DNA of 64,000 bases from Eledone cirrhosa (Eukaryota): NCBI GenBank assembly GCA_964016885.1, contig OZ024752.1, forward strand, positions 49,476,001 to 49,540,000, read 5' to 3'. The position numbers and the translations under genes are program-made. The notes beneath the pieces are model-generated. The model saw only the letters and a list, made by a program, of their open reading frames with translations, searched no databases and was not told the DNA's origin. Shown here one piece after another: positions 14,236 through 29,133 of this stretch. Each line of letters opens with the position of its first letter. Positions within the stretch are counted from its first letter, which is position 1.

Positions 14236-16020
14236 CCTTTTAGCATTTATATTACACTATATATACTATTGTATTTTTGTGGTAAAGGCTTTATCCCACA
14301 TAATATCTCACATAACATTTACATTACTCTATATATACTATTGTATTTTTGTGGTAAAGGCTTTATCCCACATAATATCTCACATAGCATTTACATTACT
14401 CTATATATACTATTGTATTTCCACAGTAAAGGCTTTACCTCACATAATATCTCACAACATTTACATTACTCTATATATACTATTGTATTTTCACAGTAAA
14501 GGCTTTACCTCACATAATATCTCACAACATTTACATTACGCTATATTTACTATTGTATTTTCACAGTAAAGGCTTTACCTCACATAATATCTCACATAAC
14601 ATTTACATTACTCTATATATACTATTGTATTTTCACAGTAAAGGCTTTACCTCACATAATATCTCACATAACATTTACATTACTCTATATATACTATTGT
14701 ATTTTTGTGGTAAAGGTTTTATCTCACATAATATCTCACATAATATCTCACATAACATTTACATTACTCTATATATACTATTATATTTTCATGGTAAAGG
14801 CTTTACCTCACACAATATCTCACATAACATTTACATTACTCTATATATACTATTGTATTTTCACAGTAAAGGCTTTACCTCACATAATATCTCACATAAC
14901 ATTTACATTACTCTATATATACTATTGTATTTTCACAGTAAAGGCTTTACCTCAATAATACCTCACATAACATTTACATTACTCTATATATACTATTGTA
15001 TTTTCATGGTAAAGGCTTTACCTCACATAATATCTCACATAACATTTACATTACTCTATATATACTATGGTATTTTCACAGTAAAGGCTTTACCTCACAT
15101 AATACCTCACATAACATTTACATTACTCTATATATACTATTGTATTTTCACAGTAAAGGCTTTACCTCACATAATACCTCACATAACATTTACATTACTC
15201 TATATATACTATTGTATTTTCATGGTAAAGGCTTTACCTCACATAATATCTCACATAACATTTACATTACTCTATATATACTATTGTATTTTCACAGTAA
15301 AGGCTTTACCTCACATAATACCTCACATAACATTTACATTACTCTATATATACTATTGTATTTTCATGGTAAAGGCTTTACCTCACATAATATCTCGCAT
15401 AACATTTACATTACTCTATATATATACTATGGTATTTTCACAGTAAAGGCTTTACCTCACATAATATCTCACATAACATTTACATTACTCTATATATACT
15501 ATTGTATTTTTGTGGTAAAGGCTTTACCTCACATAATATCTCACATAGCATTTACATTACTCTATATATACTATTGTATTTTCACAGTAAAGGCTTTACC
15601 TCACATAATATCTCACATAGCATTTACATTACTCTATATATACTATTGTATTTTTGTGGTAAAGGCTTTACCTCACATAATATCTCACATAGCATTTACA
15701 TTACTCTATATATACTATTGTATTTTCACAGTAAAAGCTTTACCTCACAATATCTCACAACATTTACATTACTCTATATTTACTATTGTATTTTCACAGT
15801 AAAGGCTTTATCTCACATAACATTTACATTACTCTATATATACTATTGTATTTTTGTGGTAAAGGTTTTATCTCACATAATATCAAATCTACAAAATTTT
15901 GATGTCATTTATTTTGAGAACAATACATGAATGTCAGTATGAGTGGCCGGTTACAACCGGTTTGAACAGAAAGAGGTGAGATAATTCTGGCCAGATATGG
16001 CCGGTTTAAAAGCTAAAGGG
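14236..16020. mobile_element. M1 MITE expanded to ~1.8 kb by ~22 internal 72-bp tandem units
   Basis: TTAA|CCTTTTAGCATTT ... AAAGCTAAAGGG|TTAA; unit CATTTACATTACTCTATATATACTATTGTATTTTCACAGTAAAGGCTTTACCTCACATAATATCTCACATAA. Confidence 0.88.
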
Positions 16021-16627
16021 TTAAACCTAGGTTGAAGTATAAATCTATTTCCCAGCCTCATTATGAGAAATAACCTGATAGAATATTCACAATATGACCA
16101 AGGAAAATCCTCCGAGAAAGTATTCGACGTACTAAATACATGTACAACAGGGTCTTGTTTACATAATAGAGTAGGTTGAAAAACTTCTATCAACTGATTT
16201 CATCCGAAAGTTGCATGAGAAGGCCTGTATCTTAGAAAGAAGTTCATCTCTCTCTCTCTCTCTCCCCTCTCTCTCTCTCACTCTATCTCTCACCTCTCTC
16301 TCTCTCTCTCACCCTCACCTCTCTCTCTCCTCTCTCTCTCCTCTCTCTCTCTCTCCCCTCTCTCTCTCTCTCCCCTCTCTCTCTCTCTCTCTCTCTCTCA
16401 CTCTATCTCTCACCTCTCTCTCTCACCTCTCTCTCTCCCTCTCTCTCCTCTCTCTCTCCCCTCTCTCTCTCTCTCTCCCCTCTCTCTCTCTCTCTCTCAC
16501 TCTATCTCTCACCTCTCTCTCTCTCTCTCACCTCTCTCTCCTCTCTCTCTCCCCTCTCCTCTCTCTCTCTCCCCTCTCTCTCTCTACCTCTATATATATC
16601 ACCCTCTTCCTCTTTCTTTCTCCCTCA

Positions 16628-16739
<112 letters not shown>

Positions 16740-17056
16740 ATTTCTATTAATTGAAATCCAATACCACTCAATACCACGTCTAATCATATTTCTTTAGTAA
16801 AAACACATTAATAAAAATAATAATTTTTTTCTATTCCTACCTTTTCCTTTCCCATAATTACTTAACATAAGGTATTTTTTTCTTTAAATATAAATCTCTG
16901 TGCCTTTGTAGCCGAAATAACATTCTCAGGGCTGATTCATTTAATTAAAAAAGTCTCCTCATTTCCTTCACATCAACTCGTTTCAGTGAAATCAGGTTTC
17001 AAACAGTCAGTCACTTAGTTTTAAACCTTATTACGTTCTCTTTCTCTCTCTCTTTC

Positions 17057-17264
<208 letters not shown>

Positions 17265-17412
17265 CTCTCTCTCTCATAATGTTTTCTTTTATTACGTTCT
17301 CTCTCTCTCTCATAACGTCTTATAACGTTCTCTCTCTCATAACGTCTTATAACGTTCTCTCTCTAATAACGTCTTATAACGTTCTCTCTCTCTCTCTCAT
17401 AACGTCTTATAA

Positions 17413-17465
<53 letters not shown>

Positions 17466-17593
17466 CGTCTTATAACGTTCTCTCTCTCTCTCATAACGTC
17501 TTATAACGTTCTCTCCCTCATAACGTCTTATAACGTTCTGTCTCTCATAACGTCTCCTAACGTTCTCTCTCTCTCCCTCATAACGTCTCCTAA

Positions 17594-17632
<39 letters not shown>

Positions 17633-18031
17633 CGTCTCCTAACGTCTTATAGAATATCTTCATTTTTTGTTCGTTTGTTCACTCAATCACTCATTCAGTC
17701 AGTTACTAAATTACTACTACTACTACTACTACTACTAACTACTAAAACTATTAACTACTACTAACTACTACTACTACTGGCATTGTTGTTATTTAATGTA
17801 ATATATTTGATATTAAAATTTATTTTAATTTCAACCAAAACCACCACCACAACAACCACCACCACCACTACCACCACCACAACAACAACCACCACAACAA
17901 CAACAACCACCACCACCACCACCACCACCACTACTCTCCTAATAATACTACCATAATTATTATTATCATGATTGTTATCATTAAATTTATGCATTTGCTT
18001 TTTAAAATACATTTTTTTTTAATTTATTTAA

Positions 18032-18095
<64 letters not shown>

Positions 18096-18370
18096 TATTT
18101 TAATTTTTTTTTCCTTAACACACTCAAATAAGTTTGAAAAAATTGATTTTGTTTCTTTAACATTAGCTGCAGTCAAATTTCCCCATTTCACATTCTGTTG
18201 GTTTTCATGGATTACATTTAAAAAAAAAAACATGAATTTTATTTCTTTATTTAAAAACTGTGTGTGTATGTATGTGTGTGTGTGTGTGTGTGTGTATGTA
18301 TATTTATATACATCTTTATATATACATATATATACATCTATCCATCTCTATATATTTATATAGATGGATA

Positions 18371-18418
<48 letters not shown>

Positions 18419-18476
18419 GGTATGTATATATATATATGTGTGTGTATGTGTGTGGGTATGTATGTATGTATATAAA

Positions 18477-18522
<46 letters not shown>

Positions 18523-18849
18523 GGTATGTATGTATGTATGTATGTATATATATATATATACATATTATTTTATTAGTAATTCGGTCGTTTATTTGTTTGT
18601 TTATTCTTAATATGATTCTGGATCCAGTATTGACATTTACTGTGGCAATGAATGGTGGTGGTGGTGATGATTATGGTGGTGATGGTGGTGGTGGTGATGA
18701 CTATGGTGGTGGTGGTGGTGGTGGTGGTGGTGGTGTTGTGGTATGATATGATGGTGGTGGTGGTGCTGATGGTGGTGATTGAAATTAAAATCAGGATATT
18801 GACATGGATTATAATAATGGCGATGTCAGTGGTGGTGGTGGTGGTGGTG

Positions 18850-19245
18850 GTGGTGGTGGTGTTGTGGTATGATGATGGTGAAGGTGGTGGTGGTTGATGG
18901 TGTTAGTGGTGGTGGTGGTGGTGTTGTGGTATGATGATGGTGAAGGTGGTGGTGGTTGATGGTGTTAGTGGTGGTGGTGGTGGTGTTGTGGTATGATGAT
19001 GGTGAAGGTGGTGGTGGTTGATGGTGTTAGTGGTGGTGGTGGTGGTGTTGTGGTATGATGATGGTGAAGGTGGTGGTGGTTGATGGTGTTAGTGGTGGTG
19101 GTGGTGGTGTTGTGGTATGATGATGGTGAAGGTGGTGGTGGTTGATGGTGTTAGTGGTGGTGGTGGTGGTGGTGTTGTGGTATGATGATGGTGAAGGTGG
19201 TGGTGGTTGATGGTGTCAGTGGTGGTGGTGGTGTTGTGGTATGAT
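18850..19245. repeat. ~62-bp (GGT)-derived minisatellite, ~6 units
   Basis: GTTGTGGTATGATGATGGTGAAGG recurs at 62-65 bp spacing. Confidence 0.8.
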
Positions 19246-19482
19246 GGTGATGAAAAATTGGATCAGGATATTTGGAATAATTATAATAATGTTTGTAGTG
19301 ATAATGGTAGTAGTAGCTGTAGTAGTGGTTGTGGTGCTGGTGGTAGTGTTGGTGTATATACACATACATAAATATATATATACATTTACATATACATAAA
19401 TATATATATATATGTACATATATACATATATATAATATACATATATACATAAATACATATATATATAAATGCATATATATAA

Positions 19483-19596
<114 letters not shown>

Positions 19597-19719
19597 GTAC
19601 ATATATATATATATATACACATATACATAAATACGTATATTTATAAATACATATACACACATATATATGTGTGTGTTCGTGTGTGTATATATATTTATAT
19701 ATATATATATGTGTGTGTT

Positions 19720-19750
<31 letters not shown>

Positions 19751-19805
19751 GTGTGTGTCTGTGTGTGTTTGTGTGTGCATGTGTATATATATATATATGT
19801 GTGTG

Positions 19806-19854
<49 letters not shown>

Positions 19855-19919
19855 TTGTGTGTGCATGTATATATATATATATATATATGTGTGTCTGTGT
19901 GTGTTTGTGTGTGCATGTG

Positions 19920-19960
<41 letters not shown>

Positions 19961-20364
19961 TTGTGTGTGCATGTATATATATATATATCTATATATATAT
20001 ATGTATGTATGTGTGTCAGTGTTAACATGCACACATAATTAGCTATAATGTAAGATATAAAAGATTTGAAATTCTTTTTACAAAATAAATTTTTTTTTAT
20101 TCTTTAAAAATCCAATATTATCCTCGATCCAGGATTCAGGCGATTTTACTAAATTGGTAAGTTGAGTGCCAACATCTTCACCATTACCATTCTTACTATG
20201 TCCATATCTTTCTCTCCCTCTACCTCTCCCTACCTCCCTCTTTCTCTCTACCTCCCTCTTTCTCTCTACCCCCCCCCCCCCCCTTCTCCCCTACCTACTT
20301 CTCTCTACCCCTCCCTCATTTGCCCCTCCCTCTCTCTACCTCTCTCTACCTTCTCCCTTTCTCT

Positions 20365-20557
20365 CTACCTCTCTCCATCTACCTCTCTCCATCTACCTCT
20401 CTCCATCTACCTCTCTCCATCTACCTCTCTCCATCTACCTCTCTCCATCTACCTCTCTCCATCTACCTCTCTCCATCTACCTCTCTCCATCTACCTCTCT
20501 CCATCTACCTCTCTCCATCTACCTCTCTCCATCTACCTCTCTCCGTCTACCTCTCTC
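20365..20557. repeat. 14-bp minisatellite CTCTCCATCTACCT
   Basis: Direct inspection, ~13 units. Confidence 0.9.
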
Positions 20558-21492
20558 CTCTCCCTCCTCTCTCCCTCTCCCCACCATCTCTCATTCTCCC
20601 CACCATCTCTCATTCTCTCTTTTTCTCATTTCTCTCTCTCCCCTCTCTTCTCTCTCCCCTCTCTCTCTCCTTTTTCTCTATCTCTTCTTACTCTCTCATC
20701 TCTCTCTCTCTTCTCTCTCTCTCCCCTTTCTCTTTCCTTTCTCCCTCTCCCCCTCTCTCCCTCTCCCCCTCTCTTTCCCTGCTTACTCTCTCTTCTCTCT
20801 CTCTCTCTTTCCTTTCTCTCTCTCCCTTCTTACTCTCTCTCTCCCTCTCTATTTTTCTTCCTTTTCTCCACTGCCTTCTCTTTCTCTCTCTTCTCTCTCT
20901 CCCTTCTCTCGCTCTCTTTTGCTTTTCTCCCTTCTCTCTCTCTCTTCTTTCTGCCTTTTCTCTCTCACCTTTATCTCTGTCATTTCTCCCCTTTTTTCTT
21001 TGCCATCTTCATTACTCAACATTGCCACTATGGTACATGTGTGTGTGTGTGTCTCTATGTGTGTGTGTCTCTATGTGTATGTGTGCCTCTGTGTATGTCT
21101 GTAATTCTCTCCCTCACCTTCGACACAGCCAATGCTTTCCCTTTCTTCTTCAACTCTGCCACTATTATCTGTGTCACACTCAACACTCTCTCTCTTTCTC
21201 TCCCCCACACTCCCTCTATTGCCTTCTTTAATACCCTCTCTTTTCCTCTCTCTCTCTCTCTCTTTCTATCACCCTCTTCCCTTCTTTATCTCCCTCCTCT
21301 CTCTCTCCCCCTCCTATTCTCCCTTGCTATCTCTCTCCTCTCTGTCTCCCCCTCTTCATAATCCATTCTCTCTTTCTCCCCCCTCTCTCTAACCCATTAT
21401 TGCTCCCACCTCAACATTATCTCTCTCACCAACCCTCTCTCATCATTAATACTAAGAGTACCTTCTCTTTCCTCCTCCCCTCTCTCTCTCCG

Positions 21493-21527
<35 letters not shown>

Positions 21528-22799
21528 CTTGTCCACTGTCTCTCCCTTTCTGTCTCTCTTTCTCTTCCTTTACCCTCTCACCTCCCCCTCTCACCTCCCC
21601 CTCTCACCTCCCCCTCTCTCCCTCCCCTTCCACACATTTTCTCTCCCTTTCTTTCTTCCCCTAAGACAAACTCTTTTCAATTAGGTGTGCACTGGTTGTT
21701 GCTGTGGTGGTGTGGGTAGTGGTGGTGGTGTGGGTAGTGCTGTGGTGGTGGTGTGGTGGTGGTGGTGGTGGTGTGGGTATAAGGTTGTGGTATGTGTGGT
21801 GGTCGTGGTGGCAGTGGTGTGTAGCAGTGGTTGTGTTGTCTAATGGTAGTGGTGGTGTTGGTGTTGTGGTTGCAGTGTGCAGTGATGGTGATGGTGGTGT
21901 ATGTGTGCTAGTAGTGGTGGTGGTATGTAGTAGTGGTAGTGATGATGGTGTTGGTGTATGTGTGGTAGTGGTGGTGGTATGTAGTAGTGGTAGTGATGAT
22001 GGTGATGGTGGTGTATGTGTGCTAGTAGTGGTGGTGGTATATAGTAGTGGTAGTGATGGTGGTGTTGGTGTATGTGTGGTAGTGGTGGTGGTGGTATGTA
22101 GTAGTGGTAGTGATGATGGTGATGGTGGTGTGTGTGTGCTAGTAGTGGTGGTGGTATATAGTAGTGGTAGTGATGGTGGTGTTGGTGTATGTGTGGTAGT
22201 AGTGGTGGTGGTGGTGGTATGTAGTAGTGGTAGTGATGATGGTGGTGGTGTATGTGTGGTAGTAGTGGTGGTAGTGATGGTGGTGTAGTAGTAGTAGTGG
22301 TATGTAGCAGTGATGAAGGTGGTGTTGTAACAGGAGTGGTGGTGGTGGTGGTGTAGCAGTGGTAGTGGTGTAGTAGTGGTAGTGGTGGTGGTGTGGGGTG
22401 GAGTACCCAACTCCACTTAACTTACATCTGTAACCATCACCATCTACTTACACTACTTCATATCAAACAATTTAACATGAATTTTTCTCAGTTTCTTCAT
22501 TAACAAATACTGAACAATTAGTTTGTTGATGTTACAGTTGTTGCTGTTGTTGTTGCTGCTGTTGCTGTTGTTGATGTTACAGTTGTTGCTGTTGCTGTTG
22601 TTGTTGTTGTTGCTGTTGTTGTTGTTGTTGTTACTGTTATTTAATTTTTTTTTATTTGTGTATGATGGGAAAGGTTTTGTTTGTCTGTTTATATATTTCG
22701 TTTATTTGTTTATTTTAATATCCCTTGGTGGTAGTAGTAGTAGTAGTAGTAGTAACTGTGGTAGTAGTAGTAGTAGTGGTAGTAGTAGTAGTAGTAACT

Positions 22800-22832
<33 letters not shown>

Positions 22833-23462
22833 ACTGTGGTAGTAGTAGTAACTGTGGTAGTGGTAGTAGTAGTAGTAGTAGTAACTGTGGTAGTAGTAGT
22901 AACTGTGGTAGTGGTAGTAGTAGTAGTAGTAGTAACTGTGGTAGTAGTAATAGTAGTAACTGTGGTAGTAGTAGTGGTAGTAGTAGTAGTAGTAACTGTG
23001 GTAGTGGTAGTAGTAGTAGTAACTGTGGTAGTAGTAATAGTAGTAACTGTGGTAGTAGTAGTAACTGTGGTAGTAGTAGTAGTAGTAACTGTGGTAGTGG
23101 TAGTAGTAGTAGTAGTAGTAACTGTGGTAGTAGTAATAGTAGTAACTGTGGTAGTAGTAGTGGTAGTAGTAGTAGTAACTGTGGTAGTAGTAGTAGTGGT
23201 AGTAGTAGTAGTAGTAACTGTGGTAGTAGTAGTAGTAACTGTGGTAGTAGTAGTAGTGGTAGTAGTAATAGTAGTAACTGTGGTAGTAGTAGTGGTAGTA
23301 GTAGTAGTAATAGTAGTAACTGTGGTAGTAGTAGTAGTAGTAGTAGTAACAGTGGTATAGTAATAGTTAAGAATATGCACACCCTCTAATGAAGACTCAA
23401 CTAGGTTAAAAAATCAATTAATTCTTTTGCCATAGCTGGCCAGAATTCTCACCTCTTTCCGT

Positions 23463-23915
23463 TCAGTTGTTATATAATAAAACATTATTTAAGCTATCAG
23501 TTGTTATATAATAAAACATTATTTAAGCTATCAGTTGTTATATAATAAAACATTATTTAAGCTATCAGTTGTTATATAATAAAACATTATTTAAGCTATC
23601 AGTTGTTATATAATAAAACATTATTTAAGCTATCAGTTGTTATATAATAAAACATTATTTAAGCTATCAGTTGTTATATAATAAAACATTATTTAAGCCA
23701 TTGGTTGTTATATAATAAAACATTATTTAAGCCATTGGTTGTTATATAATAAAACATTATTTAAGCCATTGGTTGTTATATAATAAAACGATATACGCCA
23801 TCACTTGTTATATAATAAAACATTATTTAAGCCATCAGGTGTTATATAATAACATTATTTAAGCCATCGGTTGTTATATAATACATTATTTAAGCCATCA
23901 GTTGTTATATAATAA
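23463..23915. repeat. 34-bp minisatellite CAGTTGTTATATAATAAAACATTATTTAAGCTAT, ~13 units
   Basis: Period 34; begins directly after an M1 MITE fragment (~23433-23463). Confidence 0.88.
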
Positions 23916-24217
23916 CTGTTTCTACTTTAGGCACAAGGCCAGCAATTACCCAGTACATTACTGGTACTTTATTTTATCGACCCCAGTTGTTATATAATAA
24001 CATTATTTAACTACTCACTAAATCATCCATGTATGCTGGAAAGCAATGTTTTAAAGATGGCGGATTATTTTTTTTTCTTTTGTTCTGATTATTGTTGTTA
24101 GCTTGCTTTTTACTTAAATTTTTGTTGCTTTTTTTCTTCGTCACCCTCTCTCTCTCTCGCTATCTATCTATCTATCTATTTATCTATCTATCTATCTCTG
24201 TTCTCTCATCTCTTCAT

Positions 24218-24338
24218 CATCATCGTCATTTTACATACGTTCGCCTTTCCCTGCTAGCAAGGGTGGGACGGGTCCTATTCAGCACAGCATCTCTCCATTC
24301 GTCACAGTCCTTTGTCATCTCCTCCGTGAGCTTCAGCG
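24218..24338 (-). mobile_element. RTE-type LINE 3' end with (GAT)n tail; tail-only copies at ~25440-25510, 27645-27685, 30900-30950, 31130-31190 and 36935-37005
   Basis: Reverse strand reads LKLTEEMTKDCDEWRDAVLNRTRPT, followed by a CTTGCTAGCAGGGAAA hairpin and (GAT)n. Confidence 0.6.
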
Positions 24339-24529
24339 TATATATATATATATATATGTAGGAGGTGAGTTTTATTGTAGTACAATAAAGCAATGCAGAT
24401 ATCGGATAAGAAGCACTCAACAGTTTGTAGGACTGGAGTATACATAATATATAAGAACAAAAGATGGTTAAATTGTTTTTGAAATGCGCATAATAAAATA
24501 CATTGGAACTCTTTTAACCATCTTTTGTT

Positions 24530-24568
<39 letters not shown>

Positions 24569-24704
24569 CGAAGGAAGCGTGGTAAGGAACCAGGTGAACC
24601 ATAACGCACCAGAGTACTCAATACTTTGGGTAGTAGAGTGGGTAATCTGAGTCCAGAAATAGCTGTCGAAACGGCTTCAACTCTGCTGTCGGGGTTCTGA
24701 CACT

Positions 24705-24779
<75 letters not shown>

Positions 24780-24798
24780 CAATACACACAATAGACAG

Positions 24799-24833
<35 letters not shown>

Positions 24834-24869
24834 TAGATAGATATACAACACACATGATATATAGCTAGT

Positions 24870-24912
<43 letters not shown>

Positions 24913-24936
24913 ACAATACACACGATAGATAGATAG

Positions 24937-24975
<39 letters not shown>

Positions 24976-25105
24976 GAAGTTATATTTAAATTGTTGGGAT
25001 ACAACAAGCAAATATTTTTATAACTGATATAAAGCACTCAACAAAATTTTTGGAGTAAATATACAATATATTAACAAATGGAAACTATATTTATAAAACC
25101 ATATT

Positions 25106-25170
25106 TATTTCATTATACATATTTCAAGGACACCAAAGCAAATTAGGGTGCGCTTTCATCAGATAAAATA
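25106..25170 (-). ncRNA. Minimal type-I hammerhead ribozyme (family A), inverted partner of 25261-25325
   Basis: Reverse complement: TATTTTAT CTGATGA AAGCGCACCC TAATTTGCTT TGGTGTCCTT GAAA TATGTATA ATGAAATA. Confidence 0.75.
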
Positions 25171-25260
25171 TAATATAGATCAGTTTTATAAACAAATATT
25201 GACATGGTCGCATTCTTTTAAGGGTATGTCAATATTTGTTTATAAAACTGATCTATATTA

Positions 25261-25325
25261 TATTTTATCTGATGAAAGTGCACCATAATTTGCTTTGGTG
25301 TCCTTGAAATATGTATAATGAAATA
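25261..25325 (+). ncRNA. Minimal type-I hammerhead ribozyme (family A)
   Basis: Stem I TATTTTAT/ATGAAATA; core CTGATGA (25269-75); stem II AAGTGCACCA/TGGTGTCCTT; GAAA (25306-09); near-palindromic stem III ATATGTAT; predicted AUA cleavage after 25317; AATAAA overlaps the 3' end. Confidence 0.8.
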
Positions 25326-25363
25326 AATATGGTTTTATAAATATAGTTTCCATTTGTTAATAT

Positions 25364-25403
<40 letters not shown>

Positions 25404-26914
25404 CTGAAGATGGTCATCTGTTCTGGCTTGGCTCACATCTGGACAACTTGTCTAACCCATGCTAGCTTGGGAACATGGATGTTAAACAGCGATGATGATG
25501 ATGATGATGATACATATATAGTTTTTATTTGTGTTGCTACATTGTTGGATGTGAACTCAAATGTTGAAAGTAACACTGTAATATTTTGGTAGGGTCATGC
25601 AGCCAATGAAACCACATGCACTAGCTTTTTTTTCACTTTGGCTTTATTATTAGTTAAGTACTTAACTGATTCATTCCTTGGTTAGTTTACTAACTGTACG
25701 GTTAGTTAATTGTTAAAGTTGTTACTTTACACAGTCTGAGATCTTCTCATTAACGTTTTTAGCCCACTGGTTGTGATTGTTGTTGTTGTTGTTGTTGTGG
25801 TAGCAGTGGTGGTGGGTGCGATGGAGGTGGTGGGTGTGATGGTGGTGGTGGTGTGTGTGGTGGTGATGATGATGATAAGGAGGAGGTGTTGTCCCTCTGA
25901 TTGTGATTGCTGTTGTTGTTGTGATGGTGGGTGTGGCAGTGGCGGTGGTGGTGGATGTGATGGTGGTGAAGGTGAGTGTGATGGTGGGTGTGGTGGTGGT
26001 GGTGGCTGTGATGGTGGTGAAGGTGAGTGTGATGGTGGTTGGTGTGATGGTGATGGTGGTGGTGGTGGTGGGTGTGATGGTGGTGGTGGGTGTGGTGGTG
26101 GTGGTGGTGGGTGTGATGGTGATGGTGGGTGTGGTGGTGGTGGTGGGTGTGATGGTGATGGTGGTGATGGTGAGTGTGATGGTGGTGAAGGTGAGTGTGA
26201 TGGTGGTTGGTATGATGGTGGTGGTGGGTGTGGTGGTGCTGGTGGATGTGATGATGATGATGATGATGATGATGAAGAGGATAAAGAAAAAGGAGATGAA
26301 GATAATATATATATGACATACAGAGAAAGAAAAAAAAAACCATACATAACATCCACACAGACACGTAGGGATTTTCTAAACATTTGAATTCTTATTCATT
26401 TATATAGCAAGTTCCATGCCTATGTAACAAACCAATTTCTTCTGTCTATCTGTCTGGTCTTTCTCCCCCTCTCTCTATTTCCTCACTCTCTCCTCTTTTT
26501 TTACTCTTTCCATATTCCATATATATTATTTTTTTTTTTTTTTACATTTAAAAGAATTTTTTTTATTTTCTAAAACTGCAATAATTCTCTCATCCATTAA
26601 TGATTGAATAATGTTAAAATGTTAAAAGTTTGATAAAATGTCATTTCTCCTGATATAAAATCTTTAAGAAAAATAAAAAAATTTTAAATTAAAAAAAAAG
26701 AAAAAAAAAAGAAAATGAAATTTTAAAAAAGCAAAAACAAATAAAAAATAAATAAAAACAAAAATAACAACAACAAAAAAACAACACAAAACAAAAACAA
26801 AACAAGGCAGATATAAAGGAAATCCATCAAAAACCATCAAACTTCATTTTTAATATATTTTGATTTCAATTTCTGGGGTAGTTTTTTATTCTTTGTTTCT
26901 TACCTTTTATTTTA

Positions 26915-26971
<57 letters not shown>

Positions 26972-27521
26972 TTTTGGGTGGGGGTGGGGTTGGTTATTAT
27001 GAAACATTAAACATTTTTTAAAATAAATTCTAAAAATATCATATCCTATACCCCCCCCCTACACCACCACCAACAACAATAATAATAATAACAATAACAC
27101 AACAATAATAATAATAATAACAACAACAACATCAACAGCATCAACAACAATAATAATAGTAATAATAATATTTGGGATTAATAATGGATTAATAACTTTT
27201 CTTCTCTACTTTTCTCTTCGTCGGATGTATTTGTGATTATTTACTTAACCATTTTCTTTTTATTTTGGTGTTTTTTTTTTATTTTTAAATAAAAAAAAAA
27301 AACAACCAAAACAAACCCTTATTAGTTTCCCTCCTTTTGAATTTGTAACAGCTTTTAAAAGAAAACAGCTGTTTGATATATAGACAGGTGAGCCTCTGGT
27401 GCTAATCTTCTCACCTGGATTCTGTGTTGTTTAGCATTAAGATGAAAAACTAAACAAGACAACAAAAATACAAAAATTTAAACATCACTAATAAAAGAAA
27501 ATTATATATATGTATATGTTT

Positions 27522-27614
<93 letters not shown>

Positions 27615-27942
27615 TGTATATGTATATATATATATTTGTAAGAACCCATGCTAGCATGGAAAATGGACGTTAAACGATGGTGATGTATATATGTATATAT
27701 ATATGTATGTATATGTATATATATATGTATGTATATGTATATATATATGTATGTATATGTATATATATATGTATGTATATGTATATATATATGTATGTAT
27801 ATGTATATATATATGTATGTATATGTATATATATATGTATGTATATATATGTATATATATGTATGTATGTATATATATGTATGTATGTATATATATGTAT
27901 ATATATATGTATGTATGTATATATATGTATGTATGTATGTAT

Positions 27943-28010
<68 letters not shown>

Positions 28011-28014
28011 GTAT

Positions 28015-28048
<34 letters not shown>

Positions 28049-28052
28049 GTAT

Positions 28053-28086
<34 letters not shown>

Positions 28087-28115
28087 GTATATATATATAT
28101 ATATGTATATGTATG

Positions 28116-28165
<50 letters not shown>

Positions 28166-28546
28166 TATATTGCGTGGAAGATAGACTTTAAACGATGATG
28201 ATGATATATATAAAGGGTGCCAGCTGCATTATAATCTGCGTGTAGCATGTAATCTCTTGTATTGAACAAAAGGTAATCTTGAATAACGGGATTGACTGAT
28301 TGACTAACTAAATACTATTACTGTACTACTACAACCAATACCACTACTACTACTACCACCACTACCACTACTACTACTACTACTACTATATATACATATA
28401 TATATATATACATATACATATGTATATATATATTTTTTTTTTTTTTTTAGACGATCGACTTTCGTCAAATCGGACCGAGGGAACAATGTTTCCGTTGGTC
28501 TTTCCAATTGCTAATACTATCTATCGGTCGCAACTCCAGGTAGAAG

Positions 28547-28666
28547 GAGCAACGTGAAATAAAGTGTCTTGCTCAAGGACATAACGCATCACCTGGTCCA
28601 GGAATCGAACTCACAACCTTACGATTCCGAATCCAATTCCCTAACCACTCAGCCACACGCCTTCAC
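28547..28666 (-). mobile_element. tRNA-derived SINE head (family S2); related copies at ~3868-3985 (+), ~31345-31476 (-) and ~37070-37170 (-)
   Basis: Reverse complement: GAAGGCGTGTGGCTGAGTGG (A box)...GAGTTCGATTCC (B box)...GTCCTTGAGCAAGACACTTTATTTCAC. Confidence 0.75.
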
Positions 28667-28683
28667 TAAATGTATATATACAT

Positions 28684-28734
<51 letters not shown>

Positions 28735-28819
28735 TATATATATATAAAGAGAGAAATAAACAGATATATCCATATAGGTCCCTTATGATTTGAACATATA
28801 TATATATATATATATATAT

Positions 28820-29098
28820 GGAAAGTTATATTTAAATTGTTGGGTGACAACTAGTAAATATTTATAACTGATATAAAAGCACTCGACAAGTATTTGGAGT
28901 ATATTTACAATATTAAATAAATGGAAACTATATTTATAAAACCATATTTATTTCATTATATATATTTCAGGGATATAAAACCTGTTTATATTGTATTTTG
29001 TCTGAGGAAGGCATAGCATATTGTTAATATGATATCCCTGAAATATATATAATGAAATAAATATGGTTTTATAAATATAGTTTCCATTTATTTAATAT

Positions 29099-29102
<4 letters not shown>
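28820..29102 (-). mobile_element. Penelope-like element end (family A) with ~70-bp fold-back in (TA)n
   Basis: Same head segment; inverted arms ~28907-28976 and ~29032-29101; hammerhead at 28994-29059. Confidence 0.6.
28994..29059 (+). ncRNA. Minimal type-I hammerhead ribozyme (family A variant)
   Basis: TATTTTGT CTGAGGA AGGCATAGCATATT-GTT-AATATGATATCCCT GAAA TATATATA ATGAAATA. Stem II has a different sequence from 25261 but still pairs; stem III is the palindrome ATATATAT. Confidence 0.78.

Positions 29103-29133
<31 letters not shown>

Larger units (their letters stand above)
24974..25372 (-). mobile_element. Non-autonomous/5'-truncated Penelope-like element end (family A) with ~140-bp fold-back, inserted in (TA)n
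   Basis: Shares the segment AAGTT(A/C)TATTTAAATTGTTG...AAAGCACTCAAC with 28820, 29518 and 36558; inverted-repeat arms ~25063-25205 and ~25226-25370; hammerheads in both arms; (TA)n on both sides. Confidence 0.65.

Noticed and set aside
16056-16170. Possible + strand exon (AG...GTAGGT), and a 36-nt one at 27352-27387
   Set aside because: Weak splice context, no recognisable peptide, and phases do not fit the zinc-finger exon; not distinguishable from chance
25727-26387. His-rich or Gly/Cys/Asp-rich ORFs as cephalopod beak/sucker-type structural proteins
   Set aside because: Degenerate (GGT/GAT)n repeat open in multiple frames; no signal peptide or splice sites
28560-28666. tRNA gene
   Set aside because: A and B boxes are present but no cloverleaf forms, and it continues into a dispersed SINE body
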